Positions 59,061 through 64,000 of a stretch of 64,000 nt of DNA are shown here, piece by piece; within the stretch, counting starts at the first letter, position 1; each line of letters begins with the position of its first letter. The position numbers were made by a program, and so were the translations under genes. The stretch lies in the NCBI RefSeq assembly GCF_001194135.2, contig NC_068984.1:84424184-84488183 (forward strand). The letters are read 5' to 3'. The notes beneath the pieces are model-generated. The model made no database searches. It had not been told where the DNA came from and saw only the letters and a list, made by a program, of their open reading frames with translations. This stretch comes from Octopus bimaculoides. Its lineage: Eukaryota.

Positions 59061-62000
59061 NNNNNNNNNNNNNNNNNNNNNNNNNNNGGGGGGGGGTCTA
59101 TCGGAAGTGACTACAGACCACGTCGAAACATTCAGCTAGGTGTCGTAACACGCACAAAAGACTAATAGTTTTTTTTTTTTTTTCATTAATTCTAATATTT
59201 AATTTATATTTGCCAAAAACGAAACATCGCTTGTATATGTTTATTTACTAAGTTTCTTATAGGATTACATATTCATTTTATCTTAATATGCGACACAACG
59301 CGGAAAGAGCTAAGGCTATGTAAGAATGTGGATATTAAGGGTTATGTACAATAGCGAAGGCATGCTTACTTCCAGTATGTCATGTATTAGGGAATCCCGT
59401 CTCCAAAAAAGGAGGTAATGAAAATAGCCAAGCAATTTAGATAAGGAGAAAATGAAACTGCTGTTAACTGCTCAGAAATATTGCTTAAGAAATGCTTATA
59501 TACCGAAATACGAGTCGAAAATGTCTTTGTTTTCAGTTTAAAAAATACCAAAATAAAAACATGGTTAAATAAACAGAACTGAACATCGTTTTTGTATAAT
59601 TGAGTCTCATAAATTCATCCATGTGACAATGTAATTTTTGTACGACAAATCATTTCAGAATATTGTTTACATTTTTTCCAAATGTTTTGTAATCATACTG
59701 TAGGAACCCCAGACAATGGATCCATGAATTTCATATCACTAATAATATTCGTATCTTATTTTTCAAATAAATTCATGTGAATACATATTGAAAAGAATTC
59801 CCAAACTTTGGTTTGTAAGGTGACTTGAAAAAATAATAATTTCTAGCATAGGTATAAGGTTGCAAATTTTAAAGGAAAGAGTTAGTGGATTACATCAATC
59901 CCAGTACTTTAGTTTATCGACACCAGAAGAATGAAAGGCAAAGTTACCCACAGCGGTATTTGAATTTGAAATGTAAAGAACCGCAAAATATTTTGTCCGA
60001 TGCGTAAAGCATCCTACCAAGATACTAGCCTCACTTGAAATGTTCCATTTTCTAATTTCAGTAACTCTCATTAACTCCCCTAGTCGCGGGCCCCCCCCAA
60101 CGCTTATTACCGAATTTGTGTTTGTGTATATATACAATTTTGTTTTTAATAAGTGAAAGTCACAGTATGACTCAGCGGCCTAGTGTTTCGCACACGGCAT
60201 ACACAAGACTCTCGGCCCTGGGTCACTTTGTAATTTATGCCGATTAAAAGTAAAATATATATACTAAATGTATTGAGTTCTTTTTCTCTTTGNNNNNNNN
60301 NNNNNNNNNNNNNNNNNNNNNNNNNNNNNNNNNNNNNNNNNNNNNNNNNNNNNNNNNNNNNNNNNNNNNNNNNNNNNNNNNNNNNNNNNNNNNNNNNNNN
60401 NNNNNNNNNNNNNNNNNNNNNNNNNNNNNNNNNNNNNNNNNNNNNNNNNNNNNNNNNNNNNNNNNNNNNNNNNNNNNNNNNNNNNNNNNNNNNNNNNNNN
60501 NNNNNNNNNNNNNNNNNNNNNNNNNNNNNNNNNNNNNNNNNNNNNNNNNNNNNNNNNNNNNNNNNNNNNNNNNNNNNNNNNNNNNNNNNNNNNNNNNNNN
60601 NNNNNNNNNNNNNNNNNNNNNNNNNNNNNNNNNNNNNNNNNNNNNNNNNNNNNNNNNNNNNNNNNNNNNNNNNNNNNNNNNNNNNNNNNNNNNNNNNNNN
60701 NNNNNNNNNNNNNNNNNNNNNNNNNNNNNNNNNNNNNNNNNNNNNNNNNNNACTATATAACTAAGAACAAATACATTGGGAAAATTAAGAGCGTACTTCG
60801 GAACAACCAACCCTCTTTTAAACCACACCCTAGTTGTTTGAGGCACGCGCACAGACGAAAACAATGTGGTCATGGCTGGAATGGCCTTTGATCATAGGTC
60901 TGTCTGTTTTGGCAGGACTGCCCAATGGTTAAACATGTTTAGAAAAGGAGTCTGATTTTCACATCCTCAATATATATATAACGTCAGTCATGCCTGGCAT
61001 TGATTTTATCGATCCCTACAACCTAAGTAGATAGCAAGGTGAAGTCTACACCAGTAGGATTTGAACACTGAATCAAAAACATCGAAATTATTGGCAAAGA
61101 TTTTGTCCAAGGTCGGCCCTGATCACATTGACCTATATAATCAAAAGCGTTCCACAAGTGACCATCTCGCATTCTTGTATGTTAGGGACTACATTATCTA
61201 TTCTATTCTTGTTTAGCCGACAGGTCGGCCCTGCTCGAGCATACTTATCATTAAAGGCCTTCCAACAGTGACCATCCACTTTTTGTATATTTTGTATATC
61301 AGGGACTATCTTGTCCAGTATACCTTTAAAGATGATAGGGTGTAATTTGAGAGATTTTTCTATTTGTCAGGTCGCTCGCCTACATGAGGCTCCTTCTTTG
61401 ACACGAATGGAAAAAGCGTTTGTGCGGGCTGACGCTCAAGTGTTTTAGATGTAAATTGTCCCTATAGGCCACAATACTTCAGATTCATATATTACATTAA
61501 AGAAGTTAGAAAAAAAGAAAGTTGAATCTGTTTATGTGCGTCTCAATGGTATTTACCTTATTTGCCATAATAGCCAAAATATACATAAAAGTTTCAAAAC
61601 TACACACATTGCCTACGTTTATCTACGTGGTGCAGAATGTGTGCATCTGCATATATGTTATGCAGTTTGTTCTTAACGTGCACAAATTGTGATGCGGTTT
61701 GCTTGTAACATATACACGTATCGATATTGTGTAGTGTTTATAGCATGCATGTGTACAGATGAGTGTCTGAAAATCCGAGGCAGTTATATATTTGTAGCTA
61801 TCTGTATACATGTTGCAGTTAGTGTTTATAACATGCATGTGAACGTATTCGTGCATGTATTATTATACAGTATACAGGTATTTTCTATAACGACACGAAG
61901 CTCTACGTAAGGTGGTGTGATGATTATAGTATGGTATTGTGTAATATAGAACTAGGAAAAAAGCAAACATACAAACCAGTTTGTTTATTGCTTTCTTTCA

Positions 62001-62768
62001 CGTCAAACACAAAGACTGGGCCGGTTTTTTTCGGTTGTTATTTATTTGTTGTTCTTTGATTCCGGACTGATACAGCAAATGCAACAACAAAAATAATACT
62101 AATAATTAATTTTTTTTTTAAATAGTTATTTCCTCTTATATTGTTCTGATCAGAGATGAAAAAATAATAAATAATACCAGTGAAATTTATTCCCGCCAAC
62201 ACCCGTCAGTTGGGATTATTTCGAGTCCGAGGTGGCAAGAACTAGACATTGACAGTAACTTAACATGACAGACATTGTGTGCAAGATTAAAATAAAATCT
62301 CGCCCAAAGTCACGACAAGACTCCAACGAGATTTAGCGGAACAAATTCGACTTTCAAAACAATTAATTAAAAATCTTAATCATTGTTTTACTTTACTTTT
62401 GTTTGAAGTTAGGAATATATATATTTATGTATGTGATAAAAAAAAAGTAACAAAATAAATCGAGAAATTTCTGAACATGTAATGAAATTTTTTTTCGTAA
62501 CAGGAAGCTAAATCGCAACACCTTTTTCCGGCTCGCCGGGCGCTTTAAAGTCGTGCCCTGCAGGATGCGAATTAAGAGCCCACTAAGTTGATTATATTGT
62601 AGCTTTAATGCATCTGTTAACTTTTTCTATATACAGAACTTTCAAGGAGTTATAGAAGTAGGATTTTCCGTGTGAAGATCATTCCTTGGTCAGGCAAATC
62701 AAAATAATCACCCATACCTATTTATATCTTTATCTTTTATCTGTTTCAGTTATTAGACCCCCAGTACT

Positions 62769-62801
<33 letters not shown>

Positions 62802-64000
62802 NNNNNNNNNNTATATATTGTTTGTTTTTATGTCAAGTTGTTTATAAAAGCAATTTAAACATTAAACGAAGGATTACTCAATACTTTTTACTTGAGTATA
62901 AAATTTTACAAGGAAAAAGGTTGACCATAACTTCAAAATTTCAGTTTCCACGCCTTCAGTACAGTCTTATGACAACAAGTAAATATATGTCTGTGCAAAT
63001 AAGTGTTTTTTAAACACATAGCGACAATGAACATTAATTCAATAAAGGACTCAATACATTTATGATTTATTAAAAGTGACATCAAATATATATTTATATA
63101 TATATTAACTCTCTATATAAATATATATATCCAGTTTCAGGCAAGGAATGAAATTCATAGTCCTAGAATCACTTGGTAACTTTACCAATTAGAAATTATA
63201 TGTGCATGTATGTACGTATGTATCATTTAATATACACAAGATTTAAATTCAAACTACTATTAAATCTATACATTGTCAGGCAAGCATGTATAGTATACTG
63301 TGTGTTTCCATGCAATCTTTCAGGCTCAGATATACAACATCGCCGGTTCTTTTTTGAAAGTAAGAAAGGACACTGGTCTTTGAGAAAAACGTGAGAAAGG
63401 TTGAGAGGACGAGAAAAGGAAAAATGAAAATTCAGAATTGTGTCCTCTTGGCACATTTGAATTGGAATTAATGTGGTTGGTGTAAGTTGATTCAATGGGA
63501 GAAGGTCAAAGTTTGTAAGACTACATGCTAAATCTGCAGAGGTTGATGTTACAAGTTCAATAAAAGAAATTTGATCGGATGCTTACATTTAATAAAAATT
63601 TCAGAATGGGAATTGGGAAGTTAAGTAGTATATAAGAGTGCTTAAATCTAAAAAGGATATGGGATCTTTCAGCTACAAAACCTGCATCTCATTGAACCAT
63701 TAACATATGGTGTGGATCATTCCAAAATGCACCACTTGATGCTGTGCAGTGTGTAGTTGGCCTTTGTGAGTCCCAAACGTGGCCAGATAACTTTGTAGCT
63801 TTTTTCTTATCCATGTGTTAGAAAGACGAAAAGTGGTTAGCATATCATTTTTTAAAACCACTTTCTCATATACCAATGGACTTTTTCTTTTGAGTTTCCT
63901 TATTTTGGAACACTATATTGACTTTAGTTTCATAAACCACTGAGTTAATTATACATTCTTGATTGAGTGGGCAAGTTTCTGGCTCTCAGCAGTTACGACT

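Noticed and set aside
63223-63495. 90-aa minus-strand ORF MNQLTPTTLIP...
   Set aside because: No recognisable family, a TTG start, and no supporting splice structure.

Overview
AT-rich, microsatellite- and SINE-dense animal genomic DNA with six assembly gaps (4993-5287, 11957-12164, 41477-42053, 59061-59087, 60293-60751, 62802-62811). The repeat families look like those of Octopus or another coleoid cephalopod; this is recognition from memory, not a database result. Three spliced protein-coding genes can be assembled by hand. (1) The last coding exon of IFT25/HSPB11 (+, 953-1098). (2) LRRC42 (+, four coding exons 13859-20379, 3' end unresolved). (3) ZRANB2 (-, six coding exons 48815-34580; the 5' exons for zinc finger 1 were not found). 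Mobile DNA includes a Tc1 (DD34E) element with intact TIRs and a nested insertion, a maT-like (DD37D) fragment, an RT-deleted Dong/R4-clade retrotransposon in a (TAA)n tract, a Penelope-like GIY-YIG relic, RTE relics, three LINE-ORF1-like 5' fragments, MITEs and many SINEs. The main leads are the IFT25-LRRC42 adjacency, also seen in human, and a ZRANB2 pre-mRNA with several long fold-back structures, a candidate stop-containing cassette exon and an unexplained 5' end. Most short ORFs in the track are microsatellite or SINE artefacts. All identifications are by eye and from recalled protein families; no searches were run.
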